Positions 8,346-15,715 are shown, counted from the stretch's first letter. The stretch is DNA of 20,000 nucleotides from an uncultured virus (IMG/VR IMGVR_UViG_3300018005_000013) (IMGVR_UViG_3300018005_000013); one strand, 5' to 3'. A program made the numbers and translations. The notes: generated by a model not told the origin, from the sequence alone.

Positions 8346-8657
8346 TCAGTCACGGGGGTCCACCTGCACGTCGCCATAATTGACCTGCGAGTAGTCCCGT
8401 CCCTTCGCCGTGGCAATGCGGGTCGCCGGATGCTGCGACCCAATGGCTGGCCCAATGGCGCGGGCATACCACATCCACCAGGAGAACGCACCCGCTGCCC
8501 GCTGGTGACGGCCAGCGAAGGTGCGCCGGATCACCGGCTCTACCTCGATGCCAGCCTCGTCTTTGATAATCTTGGCCAGCCTGAGCGCCAGCGCCGTCGG
8601 CCCACGGCGGAGCGTTGTGGATTGGATGCCCAGCTTCGCGTCCAGCGGCTCGCCCAT
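8346..8657 (-). CDS. Hypothetical protein (103 aa)
   Basis: SD GAGGAGG; starts just after the upstream stop. Confidence 0.75.
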   Translation of the reverse strand: MGEPLDAKLGIQSTTLRRGPTALALRLAKIIKDEAGIEVEPVIRRTFAGRHQRAAGAFSWWMWYARAIGPAIGSQHPATRIATAKGRDYSQVNYGDVQVDPRD

Positions 8658-8658
8658 G

Positions 8659-8847
8659 TCAGTCCTCCTCGCGCTCGAGGCAAAGCTCGAGCGGACCGAT
8701 CTGGACCCACGGCCCGGGCCACTGCAACGCCGCGTCGAGCTTCCAGGACAGCGGCCAAAGCCGCAGTGCCAGGGCGTAGTTGGAGCGCAGTAGATTCGCC
8801 TCGAGCGTCACTCCAATCCCGACGTACCTCCAGCGCCAGTCCATCAT
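8659..8847 (-). CDS. Small Trp-rich protein (62 aa)
   Basis: ATG 8847 overlaps the upstream TGA; MMDWRWRYVGIG... Confidence 0.55.
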   Translation of the reverse strand: MMDWRWRYVGIGVTLEANLLRSNYALALRLWPLSWKLDAALQWPGPWVQIGPLELCLEREED

Positions 8848-9005
8848 GGCCGGGCCTGCCTTAGCAGCGGGCAGCGCCGGTAGGTGCACCGCGTTCCCAC
8901 CGGAGCGAACAGGTCGCAAAGGGGATTCCTTCGCGTCCGCCTTTGTGCGTCCAGCGTCTTGTGGTAGCAGAGCCGCATCATCCTGCGCCAATCCCGGTGC
9001 GTCAC
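8844..9005 (-). CDS. Small basic Cys-containing protein (53 aa)
   Basis: Manually translated: GTG 9005 overlaps the upstream stop; MTHRDWRRMMRLC...CPLLRQARP; its stop overlaps the next ATG. Confidence 0.55.
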   Translation of the reverse strand: MTHRDWRRMMRLCYHKTLDAQRRTRRNPLCDLFAPVGTRCTYRRCPLLRQARP

Positions 9006-9316
9006 TTCTTGGCCTTCTCCATCACGAGCTTGCGCAGGGCGTCCTCAATCTCCGTCCGCTGGTCCTTCTGGGCCGCCAGCGTGTGCTCAATCGGATAGGG
9101 CAGCGCGCCGTTCGCGTCCGCGGCGGGATGAAAAATGATGTGACAGTAGGCCCAGAGCGCCTCGAGTTCTGCCTTGGCGCGCTCCAGCGGCTCAATCTTG
9201 TCCGCCCATTCCTCGAGCAGGAGGTTGGCGATCTGGTTCATGGTCATCGGGTCGCCGACCACGTTGCGGAAATTTCGGACTTCGGTGCTCAGGGCTGGAT
9301 GCAGCGGCTTGGCCAT
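9002..9316 (-). CDS. Hypothetical protein (104 aa)
   Basis: SD AGGA; tightly packed with neighbours. Confidence 0.75.
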   Translation of the reverse strand: MAKPLHPALSTEVRNFRNVVGDPMTMNQIANLLLEEWADKIEPLERAKAELEALWAYCHIIFHPAADANGALPYPIEHTLAAQKDQRTEIEDALRKLVMEKAKK

Positions 9317-9322
9317 GGCGTC

Positions 9323-9850
9323 CTATCCTCTCCCGCTCGGATCGCGGACCACCTCGCCCTCGAGGATGTCGGTGGCGTGGCGGCTCGGCGCGGGCAGGAA
9401 ACTCGACCCGTCCGGCAGGTGGGCCTTCACAAGCGCGCCGACGGTCGTGGGCGGCTTGCCCTTGATGAGCCACTCAAAGTGGCTCAGGAATACGTCCTCA
9501 AAGCTCAGCAGGCCAAAGTCCACGGCCTCAAACTGGGACTTGAGCCAGTAGTGGAGCGCCCGATAGGTCGAGCGCGCCGACTGCTCCCAGAGTTCCGCCT
9601 GCGACTTGGGCGGGCGGTAGCGCCCGTGCCGCCAGCCGCCGGTGTTTCGCTTTTTCGGCGGCTCCTGGATGAGCAGAGTCACGCTGACGGTGCGCATCGC
9701 CTTGCCGACCTCTTTGGCGAAGCGGACGTTGACTCGGTGCTCCTCGAAGTCCTCGGCGAATTGGACGCCTCGAGCGCCCGCGGCGATGAGAATCTTGCGG
9801 ATGGCTTCCTTAGATCGTTCGACCGGAACGGCGGTTCCTTCGTAGGCCAT
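9323..9850 (-). CDS. Conserved phage hypothetical protein (175 aa)
   Basis: YEGTAVPVERSKEAI...RALHYWLKSQFEAVDFG..SFEDVFL resembles a widespread uncharacterised phage family. Confidence 0.8.
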   Translation of the reverse strand: MAYEGTAVPVERSKEAIRKILIAAGARGVQFAEDFEEHRVNVRFAKEVGKAMRTVSVTLLIQEPPKKRNTGGWRHGRYRPPKSQAELWEQSARSTYRALHYWLKSQFEAVDFGLLSFEDVFLSHFEWLIKGKPPTTVGALVKAHLPDGSSFLPAPSRHATDILEGEVVRDPSGRG

Positions 9851-9857
9851 GGCACCC

Positions 9858-10400
9858 TCATAGGTCCAGCGGTGGGTCGATCCCGGCGGCCTTCAGCGCG
9901 TCCACCAGCAGCCGGAACTCCGAGAGGATTGACCGGGCGTCCTCCTTGCCGATCAGGTTGTAGAGGTAGGACTCGCTCAGGAAGGGGTTTAGCTCATCCC
10001 CCTTCTGGTACATGCCGTGCGTATTGGCCGTGGTCCATCCCGGCTTCATCTCGGGCGACCACGTCGCCAGCCAATGCAGGAGCTTCACGACTGCATGGAC
10101 CACGTCCTCGAGCTTGGCCGCCTCCGCGCCCCGGCGCTCTAGCCACTCGAGCAGGACGGGGTTGGCATGAAAATCGGCAATTGCCCGCACATCCTCTAGC
10201 TTCTCGTGTAGCGGAACGGCGGCGTACAACTCACGCCAGTCCGCCTGCGGCCGCGCGCCGTCCTCGGCCACGGGGCGGAAGACCTCACAAACGCAGGTGA
10301 GCACGCCGCAGGAGTGATAATCGCTGTCCTGTGTGTGCTGGCCGTAGACGTGGCCGCAGGCGCAGCGGGTCAGCCTCGTGGGCAGCGGTCTAGGGTTCAT
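9858..10400 (-). CDS. Hypothetical protein with N-terminal Cys/His Zn module (180 aa)
   Basis: ATG 10400 after AAGGAGG; CACGH...H...C...CVC. Confidence 0.75.
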   Translation of the reverse strand: MNPRPLPTRLTRCACGHVYGQHTQDSDYHSCGVLTCVCEVFRPVAEDGARPQADWRELYAAVPLHEKLEDVRAIADFHANPVLLEWLERRGAEAAKLEDVVHAVVKLLHWLATWSPEMKPGWTTANTHGMYQKGDELNPFLSESYLYNLIGKEDARSILSEFRLLVDALKAAGIDPPLDL

Positions 10401-10770
10401 GGGCCTCCTTCTCGAGGAATCTTGCGACCTCTTCGCCCCACCCGTCTCGCGTACCGGCGGCCCCGAGCAGGATGCGAGCATTGCGTAACCGATCCTCCAC
10501 TGCGTCTAGCTTGTCCAGCATCCACGCCACCAGCCTGCCCTTGTCGGGCACGATCCGGTGCCGCCCGCCGGTCGCCTCCTGCCACATGCGGATGCCGCGC
10601 ATGTCGGCGGCCTCGTACAGCTTGAAGGACTGCTCCCATTCCTCGTTCGCCGCCTCGAGGGCGGCCACGCGGTCGATCCAGAAGTCGAAGGTCGAGTTGC
10701 CGACCACCGTGCTCGGGAACGTCCCTGCCCGATACAGCTTCATTTCGGCGCTCAGGAGTTTTTGGGTCAC
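10390..10770 (-). CDS. Hypothetical protein (126 aa)
   Basis: GTG overlaps the upstream TGA; SD GGAGG. Confidence 0.75.
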   Translation of the reverse strand: MTQKLLSAEMKLYRAGTFPSTVVGNSTFDFWIDRVAALEAANEEWEQSFKLYEAADMRGIRMWQEATGGRHRIVPDKGRLVAWMLDKLDAVEDRLRNARILLGAAGTRDGWGEEVARFLEKEAHEP

Positions 10771-11075
10771 AGGAACGCGCCTCCCGCCACCGTGTACAAC
10801 AGGAAGCCGATGCCCGCCAGGACGGCCAGGAACACGACCGCGCCGACGATCACTGCTAGGTTGCTCGGCTGGGGCTGGCCCGGGTCATTCGAGTCCGGTG
10901 CGGCGAGTCGTTTCATGTCACAGACGGGGCAGCGCACGCCCCAGTAGGGCGCGCCGTTATAGGCGTTATACATGATCTTGATGTCGAACGGCTCCGGTTC
11001 AAAGACCGTGCCGCAAAAACGGCAAAGGAGCGCGACGGGCTCGGGAATTGGGGAGCGAGTGATAATCCGGCTCAT
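10767..11075 (-). CDS. Zn-ribbon protein with C-terminal TM anchor (102 aa)
   Basis: ATG 11075 after AAGGGAGG; CRFC...CPVC; hydrophobic C-terminus. Confidence 0.75.
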   Translation of the reverse strand: MSRIITRSPIPEPVALLCRFCGTVFEPEPFDIKIMYNAYNGAPYWGVRCPVCDMKRLAAPDSNDPGQPQPSNLAVIVGAVVFLAVLAGIGFLLYTVAGGAFL

Positions 11076-11207
11076 GGCCTTCCTCCCTTGGGCTGGACGG
11101 TGAACACGACGCCCTTCCAATCGGGCCGCCCCCAGCCGTCGAGCCGGAAGGAGATTGGACCGGCACGGGGCACCATCCGCTTGTCTCGGCTGGGGCAGCC
11201 CATCGCT
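11076..11207 (-). ncRNA. Candidate structured 5' leader RNA
   Basis: 15-bp stem 11187-11201/11123-11137 directly after the promoter; inner hairpins; loop complementary to the downstream SD. Confidence 0.45.
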
Positions 11208-11212
11208 TCTAT

Positions 11213-11241
11213 ACTATACCACGTCCGGCATGATTTGTCGA
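11213..11241 (-). promoter_or_regulatory. Sigma70-type promoter TCGACA-N17-TATAGT with extended -10
   Basis: -35 at 11236-11241, -10 at 11213-11218, TG extension, in an intergenic gap. Confidence 0.75.
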
Positions 11242-11276
11242 GGCTGCCTACAAGTCGGTGGGCTTGTTACCGGCCA

Positions 11277-12935
11277 TTACAACCCCAGCGGCGATTGATA
11301 ATCCCGGTCGAGCCGGACCCGGGCAATCTGGGCGTAGGCCTCGAGTAGTTCAATCCCGAGGGCGTAGTCCCAGCCCGCCAGCAGGGCACCCAGCATCTCC
11401 GAGCCGGTCCCAGCAAAGGGAACCAGGATGCGGCGCGGCGCGTAGGCCGCCGGGGGCAAGAGCAGGCTTGCGAGCCACTGGCAAAGCGCCACTGGTTTGA
11501 TGGTCGGATGCCCGTTGCGGCGGCACGGAACGTCGCGCCCATGGTCGTCTTTGTGGGTCAGCGTGTGCAGGCCGCCGCAGTTGAAGCAGGGGATGCGGCC
11601 CAGCAGGCCCTCCTCCCGCTCGGCGGTGTCCGCCTTGGCCTGGTAGCGGACCGGGTCGGCATCCTCCGGTCCCCAGCCGAAGCGCGGGAAGAAGCGACTG
11701 GCCGGGCCCGAGTCCGCATACATCTCCGCAGGCGTGCCCTTGCCCCGGAAGTCCGTGACGCCGGAGACGCGCTCGCCGTCGTGATGGTCCTCCGGGTCAT
11801 ATAGACCGCTGCTCCGGCGCTCGCCCGCTTGCTCGTCCAGCGTCGCCACGGGACAGCCGTCGGCGCACTCCCAGACCTCGACCGTCTCCATACCCTCGGC
11901 GTCGCCGTAGGTCCTCATCACCGTGCCGCCAGGCCGAGTCTCCGCGCCGTAGGCCGTCCCTTGGTTGCCCTCGGCGTCCGACCCGCTCCTGCCCTTCTTG
12001 ACGGAACCGTCAGGTCTACCGGGAACGCGAGCCGTGCCGAGACATCTGCATTCGGGCAGGTGCACCAGGACGAAGTTGGGTGGCCAGCGGCCAGACCCCA
12101 GCGACCCCCGCCGCTGCGAGGCGTTGCCGAACATAGAGGCGCTGGGCGTCGTGGTCTCTGTGATCCCGGGCCGATGGTTCGGATCATTGGGGTTGATCCC
12201 GACCCGGCCTGCGTCCACGTTGATCGCGCCCGCGCCGGTGCGCGTGATCGACTCGAAGGGTTTGCCGTCATAGGGCCTTTGAAAAACGATGATCGGCTCG
12301 AGGGCAGGCTTGAGGGCCTGCATCCCATAGCGGTGCCCGGCCCATGCCTTGGCCAGGTCGGTCACGGGAGCGTGGATGGCCGACAGGTCAATGGTTTCCG
12401 CCTGGTCCATGTACCGACCGCCGCGCATGTCATGCTTCGGCGTGGCGGCACGGCCCGTCGTGTGCTTCCCGACCACCGGCTGTTCCTCGCCCGCCGCCCG
12501 GTCGATCTGGTTGTCGATCCGCGTGGCCTTCGGAAAGCCTTGTGCGTACAACCAGCCGAAGATGGTCGGGTGAATGATAAAACCGGCGTCCTCAATCGCG
12601 CAGGCAAGCCTATGCCAGCCGCGGCTGCTTGCGAACGCCATGCCGAACGCGCCAGGCAGCAGGTGCTTGCCCAGCGCCGCCCAGACCTCGGGCTGGAAGG
12701 CCACGTCACCGCCGTCCCACGTCTGGCCCATGAATCCATGGCTCACGCGCGAGTAGGGCGACGCGCCCCTGCCAAACGTGTCCACCTTGACAGGAGCCGC
12801 TCCGGGCGAGCCAAAGCGTTTGACAATCGAAGTCAGGTGATAGGGCGGATCGCAGAGGAGCGCATGGAACGGCGGGCCCTCGTAGTCCGCCGCCCAGGCG
12901 AGCACATCGCCCGTCGTGACCTCCCAGGGGCTCAC
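11277..12935 (-). CDS. DNA amino-methyltransferase (N6-adenine/N4-cytosine), beta class (552 aa)
   Basis: N-terminal catalytic DPPY; WLYAQGFPK, ALKPALEPI, GRWPPN, HPTIKP; C-terminal SAM motif VPFAGTGS; GTG 12935 overlaps the upstream TGA. Confidence 0.92.
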   Translation of the reverse strand: MSPWEVTTGDVLAWAADYEGPPFHALLCDPPYHLTSIVKRFGSPGAAPVKVDTFGRGASPYSRVSHGFMGQTWDGGDVAFQPEVWAALGKHLLPGAFGMAFASSRGWHRLACAIEDAGFIIHPTIFGWLYAQGFPKATRIDNQIDRAAGEEQPVVGKHTTGRAATPKHDMRGGRYMDQAETIDLSAIHAPVTDLAKAWAGHRYGMQALKPALEPIIVFQRPYDGKPFESITRTGAGAINVDAGRVGINPNDPNHRPGITETTTPSASMFGNASQRRGSLGSGRWPPNFVLVHLPECRCLGTARVPGRPDGSVKKGRSGSDAEGNQGTAYGAETRPGGTVMRTYGDAEGMETVEVWECADGCPVATLDEQAGERRSSGLYDPEDHHDGERVSGVTDFRGKGTPAEMYADSGPASRFFPRFGWGPEDADPVRYQAKADTAEREEGLLGRIPCFNCGGLHTLTHKDDHGRDVPCRRNGHPTIKPVALCQWLASLLLPPAAYAPRRILVPFAGTGSEMLGALLAGWDYALGIELLEAYAQIARVRLDRDYQSPLGL

Positions 12936-13525
12936 GCCATAGGCTCCGGGCGGTCTATCACCGTGAAGGCCCATTCTCCCGCCTGGCCGCTGATTTCAAG
13001 CAGGGCGTGGCACTGGGCGCAGACAATCGGCGACAGGCAGTAGCCTTTGATGGTGCCGAAGGATTCTGGGTTCCCGCACCCCGGGCAGGGCAGCGTGACC
13101 TGCTCTACCGGCGTGGGCGGCGTCTCCGCTTTCGCCCAGTCGTTGATCGCCTTGGCCACGCGCTCGCAGGCCGCGCCGGTCATGGCCAGGGCTTCCTCCC
13201 AGGGCGTGCCGGAGTAGACGTTGTGGACGATCACCTCGAGGCACCACAGGTAGGCCTCGGGCAGCGGGAGAATTTCTTTGGAGAACAGGCAGGTCTCCGC
13301 CGGGAAGGCGTGCGACTCAGTGGCGATGACAGCCCGCGCCATGCGCTCAATCCGCTCGTCGCTCGAGGGCTCAAAGTAGATATGCGCCCACTGCGTCCCA
13401 TGCCCGCTGCACGAGGACGTGGTGACGAATCCGGCGGCGTTCAGGGCGTCGCATAGCGGGATGACCTCCGGGTCCAGCGGCTCCGGGTAGCTCGGGTCGA
13501 ACCGCACCGTCTGCCAATCAGCCAT
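12932..13525 (-). CDS. TYW3-like N-terminal domain protein with C-terminal Zn ribbon (197 aa)
   Basis: LDPEVIPLCDALNAAGFVTTSSCSGH resembles the TYW3 D..I..L...N....TTSSCSG signature; CPGC...CAQC at the C-terminus. Confidence 0.6.
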   Translation of the reverse strand: MADWQTVRFDPSYPEPLDPEVIPLCDALNAAGFVTTSSCSGHGTQWAHIYFEPSSDERIERMARAVIATESHAFPAETCLFSKEILPLPEAYLWCLEVIVHNVYSGTPWEEALAMTGAACERVAKAINDWAKAETPPTPVEQVTLPCPGCGNPESFGTIKGYCLSPIVCAQCHALLEISGQAGEWAFTVIDRPEPMA

Positions 13526-13560
13526 CGGTAACATTCCTGTTGTGATCGCTCGGAAAGATG

Positions 13561-13878
13561 TTATAGCTTGGCCCGGAAGTAGCTGCAGCGGGTGACGAAG
13601 GTCGCCGCATCCGCCGCCTGGCACACAACAAAAAACTGGGCGGCAAAGATGCAATGGTCGGCCCGGTGGCTACCGTCTGGCAGGATGTGCATGTGGTCGC
13701 AGCGGCGGCAAAGGCAGCGCGTGCGCCGCATCTCATCGGCCTCGCGGTCCGTCCACGTCAGCGCGCCATAGTGCTCCTCGAGGACCGGCTCGGGCAGCCC
13801 CGGAACCCGCTCCTGGGGTCCCAGCGCCCCGTTCTCCGCCCCGTTCTCCTCGCGGTCGAGTTTCGCTTCCTCACCCAT
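13561..13878 (-). CDS. Cys-rich hypothetical protein (105 aa)
   Basis: ATG 13878 after AGGAGGG; CLCRRC...C...C...C; this is the real 3' part of the tracked 396-aa ORF. Confidence 0.7.
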   Translation of the reverse strand: MGEEAKLDREENGAENGALGPQERVPGLPEPVLEEHYGALTWTDREADEMRRTRCLCRRCDHMHILPDGSHRADHCIFAAQFFVVCQAADAATFVTRCSYFRAKL

Positions 13879-14686
13879 CGGTTGGACCCTCCTGATTCTC
13901 GGCGACCACGCGCCGGAGCAACGTAGCCAGCATACCCCAAGTCGCCGGATTGTCCGGCACGGTCGAGCGTTTGATAATCCGTGAGCGCCCATTCGGGTAG
14001 ACGACCACCAGGCCGTAGGGGTCGGGAATCTCGCCCGGCCTGAGGACGCCCTTGGGACAGGCGAAGTAGAACTCGGAGCAGTTGTAGGCCGACTTGGCCG
14101 TCTTTTCCGGGTGCGCCCGCTCGCGCATGAAGTCCGAGCGGCTGACCTTGATCTCGTAGCCCACGCGCTTGTAGCCCCCCGAGGGGAAGCACGAGAGCGC
14201 CAGCGCGTCCATCTGATGCGACACCAGGCCCGGTGCCATGCCGCCATGGCGTGGATCAACCCAGCGCGGCACCACGACCGTCGGCTCGGCCACGAACACC
14301 CAGTCGGGCGGCTCGTGCCGGGCGGCCAGGGCACGCATGACCCGGGCCGACTCGCCCTCGAGGCTGGCAACGCGCCGGGCCTGGGACTTGGAGAGGAAGT
14401 CTGGCGGCAGTCCGCGGAGCGCCTCGAGCCCGGCTGGGCTGACCCGGTAGACGAGCCGGAATCCGCCCGACCAATCGTCCTGCGTGGGACTATGGAAGGA
14501 CTCGATCCACCCCATCCGCTTGCAGGCCATGAGCGTGCGCAGGTTGAGCGGACCCTCCTGCGTGAAGTGGGTGCCCTTCTCGTCCGAGAATATGGCGCGG
14601 TTGCCCCAGGCGATGCAGTAGGGAGTCGGCCCCTCGGACAGACGTTTGAGCAGTTGGGCTTGTGGGGCTGTCGGTTTGGCTGGCAA
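13871..14686 (-). CDS. MmcB-like PD-(D/E)XK nuclease with N-terminal extra domain
   Basis: MDALAL...GYEIKVSRSDF..E...PEK...EFYFACP...EIP..YGL; TTG 14686 after AAGGA (alternative start ATG 14734). Confidence 0.8.
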   Translation of the reverse strand: MPAKPTAPQAQLLKRLSEGPTPYCIAWGNRAIFSDEKGTHFTQEGPLNLRTLMACKRMGWIESFHSPTQDDWSGGFRLVYRVSPAGLEALRGLPPDFLSKSQARRVASLEGESARVMRALAARHEPPDWVFVAEPTVVVPRWVDPRHGGMAPGLVSHQMDALALSCFPSGGYKRVGYEIKVSRSDFMRERAHPEKTAKSAYNCSEFYFACPKGVLRPGEIPDPYGLVVVYPNGRSRIIKRSTVPDNPATWGMLATLLRRVVAENQEGPTDG

Positions 14687-14745
14687 TGATAATCCTTGAG
14701 ACAGGAGAGCCGGGCGCTCGGGGAGCCGCGCCATACTTTTACCCG

Positions 14746-14767
14746 TAGCAATAGTGCACTACTGCTA
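14746..14767. promoter_or_regulatory. 22-bp near-perfect palindrome TAGCAATAGTGCACTACTGCTA (operator candidate)
   Basis: One mismatched pair; AT-rich gap upstream of the nuclease gene. Confidence 0.45.
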
Positions 14768-14950
14768 ACGACCCCGATGGAAGGGACACGCCCGGCAACG
14801 GCACGGCCCCTCCCGACCGCCGATGATGACCGTGATGATCCAGAACGCCAGCCCGAGCGCCAGCCAGCTGATGCGCGGCGTGGGGCTGAATCCGAACGCG
14901 GCCAGCAGGAAGCACACTAGCCCAGCGATGAGCAGGATCAGCGTCTGCAT
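14765..14950 (-). CDS. Small membrane protein, 2 TM (61 aa)
   Basis: SD AAGGAGGAG; two hydrophobic helices. Confidence 0.8.
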   Translation of the reverse strand: MQTLILLIAGLVCFLLAAFGFSPTPRISWLALGLAFWIITVIIGGREGPCRCRACPFHRGR

Positions 14951-14965
14951 GTCGACTCCTCCTTC

Positions 14966-15121
14966 CTACCCCCGTGTCGGCTGCGGGTTTCGGCTCTTGC
15001 TGCACCGCAGGCAAATCTCGAATCCCAGGATGCTGTCATCCGGGAGTATGCGCACGTAGCTCCACTGGTGCCCGAAGAGGCGGCACCACAGCTTTTGCAG
15101 GGTCCAGCGCAGGTCGATCAT
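14966..15121 (-). CDS. DUF1660-like small phage Zn-binding protein (51 aa)
   Basis: Manually translated: MIDLRWTLQKLWCRLFGHQW...ICLRCSK; ATG overlaps the upstream TGA. Confidence 0.75.
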   Translation of the reverse strand: MIDLRWTLQKLWCRLFGHQWSYVRILPDDSILGFEICLRCSKSRNPQPTRG

Positions 15122-15417
15122 GGGCCCACGGCCTCATAGGTCTGCTCAAAGATGTCGGGCTTGCACGGGTACTTCTCGCCATGGACGCCAGTGATAATCC
15201 AGTCGCCCGGATCGACGCGGTGGCCGCCCTCGAGCGTGCCGATCCACCAGAGCACGCGGACGTGCACGTCCCGGCCCTGGGCCTCCGCGTCCACGTCCAG
15301 CCCCCAGGCGGGCACGCCCGGGGAGCCATACGGCAGAACGCCCTCGGGCCAGGGCTGGTTGTCGGGGAAGAATTGCTCCGCCTCGACGATCACCGGCTTC
15401 TTACGGAACTTGGCCAC
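15118..15417 (-). CDS. Conserved small phage protein (KKPV.EA..GDWII..YPCKPDIF family), copy 2
   Basis: KFRKKPVIVEAEQF...TLEG...PGDWIITGVHGEKYPCKPDIFEQTYE. Confidence 0.85.
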   Translation of the reverse strand: MAKFRKKPVIVEAEQFFPDNQPWPEGVLPYGSPGVPAWGLDVDAEAQGRDVHVRVLWWIGTLEGGHRVDPGDWIITGVHGEKYPCKPDIFEQTYEAVGP

Positions 15418-15418
15418 G

Positions 15419-15715
15419 TCAAACTCCCTTGAGCGGGCTGTACAACTCGGCGAACTTGGGGCCGCGCACGAGGTAAGGTTTTTTGTCGCCGGGGCCTTTG
15501 ATAATCCAGTCGCCTGTGTACGCGACCATCGGGCCGTGGTTGCCGTCGTTCACGGACAGGGCTGGGGCCATGTCTTGCCCGGGCCCGCCCGCCGGGACGC
15601 GGGCCACGTCCTTGCCGATCCAGACGGTGATGTCGTCGGCGGACTTGTCGGACCCGTCGAACTGAACGGCCTCGACGATCAGGCCGGGCAGGTTCTTGCG
15701 CATGAACTTAGGCAT
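15419..15715 (-). CDS. Conserved small phage protein, same family, divergent copy 1
   Basis: KFMRK...IVEAVQFDG...GDWIIKG....YLVRGPKFAELY; SD GAGGAGG. Confidence 0.8.
   Translation of the reverse strand: MPKFMRKNLPGLIVEAVQFDGSDKSADDITVWIGKDVARVPAGGPGQDMAPALSVNDGNHGPMVAYTGDWIIKGPGDKKPYLVRGPKFAELYSPLKGV

Noticed and set aside
8780..10300. 506-aa plus-strand ORF
   Set aside because: Antisense shadow of several coupled minus-strand genes with good SDs; no recognisable motif; long shadow ORFs are expected at high GC
11076..11207. Known self-cleaving ribozyme or known riboswitch class
   Set aside because: No hammerhead core (CUGANGA/GAAA) or other conserved core that I can recognise; kept only as an unclassified candidate
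11829..13043. 404-aa plus-strand ORF
   Set aside because: Antisense to the methyltransferase; no SD or domain signal
13879..14751. 5' part of the tracked 396-aa minus ORF (13561-14751)
   Set aside because: Arg/Ser/Pro-rich alternative frame overlapping the nuclease gene; only the part from ATG 13878 looks coding
14779..14813. Intrinsic terminator after the membrane protein gene
   Set aside because: Imperfect GC hairpin lies inside the ORF's 3' end and lacks a U-tract
14765..14950. Holin call for this and the other 2-TM proteins (2808-2996, 5260-5463)
   Set aside because: No adjacent endolysin or lysis cassette; hydrophobicity alone is insufficient
15118..15715. Assignment of the paralogue pair to a named anti-defence protein (Tad/Acb)
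   Set aside because: The sequences do not match the Tad2 or Acb2 motifs I can recall; an assignment needs a profile or structure search
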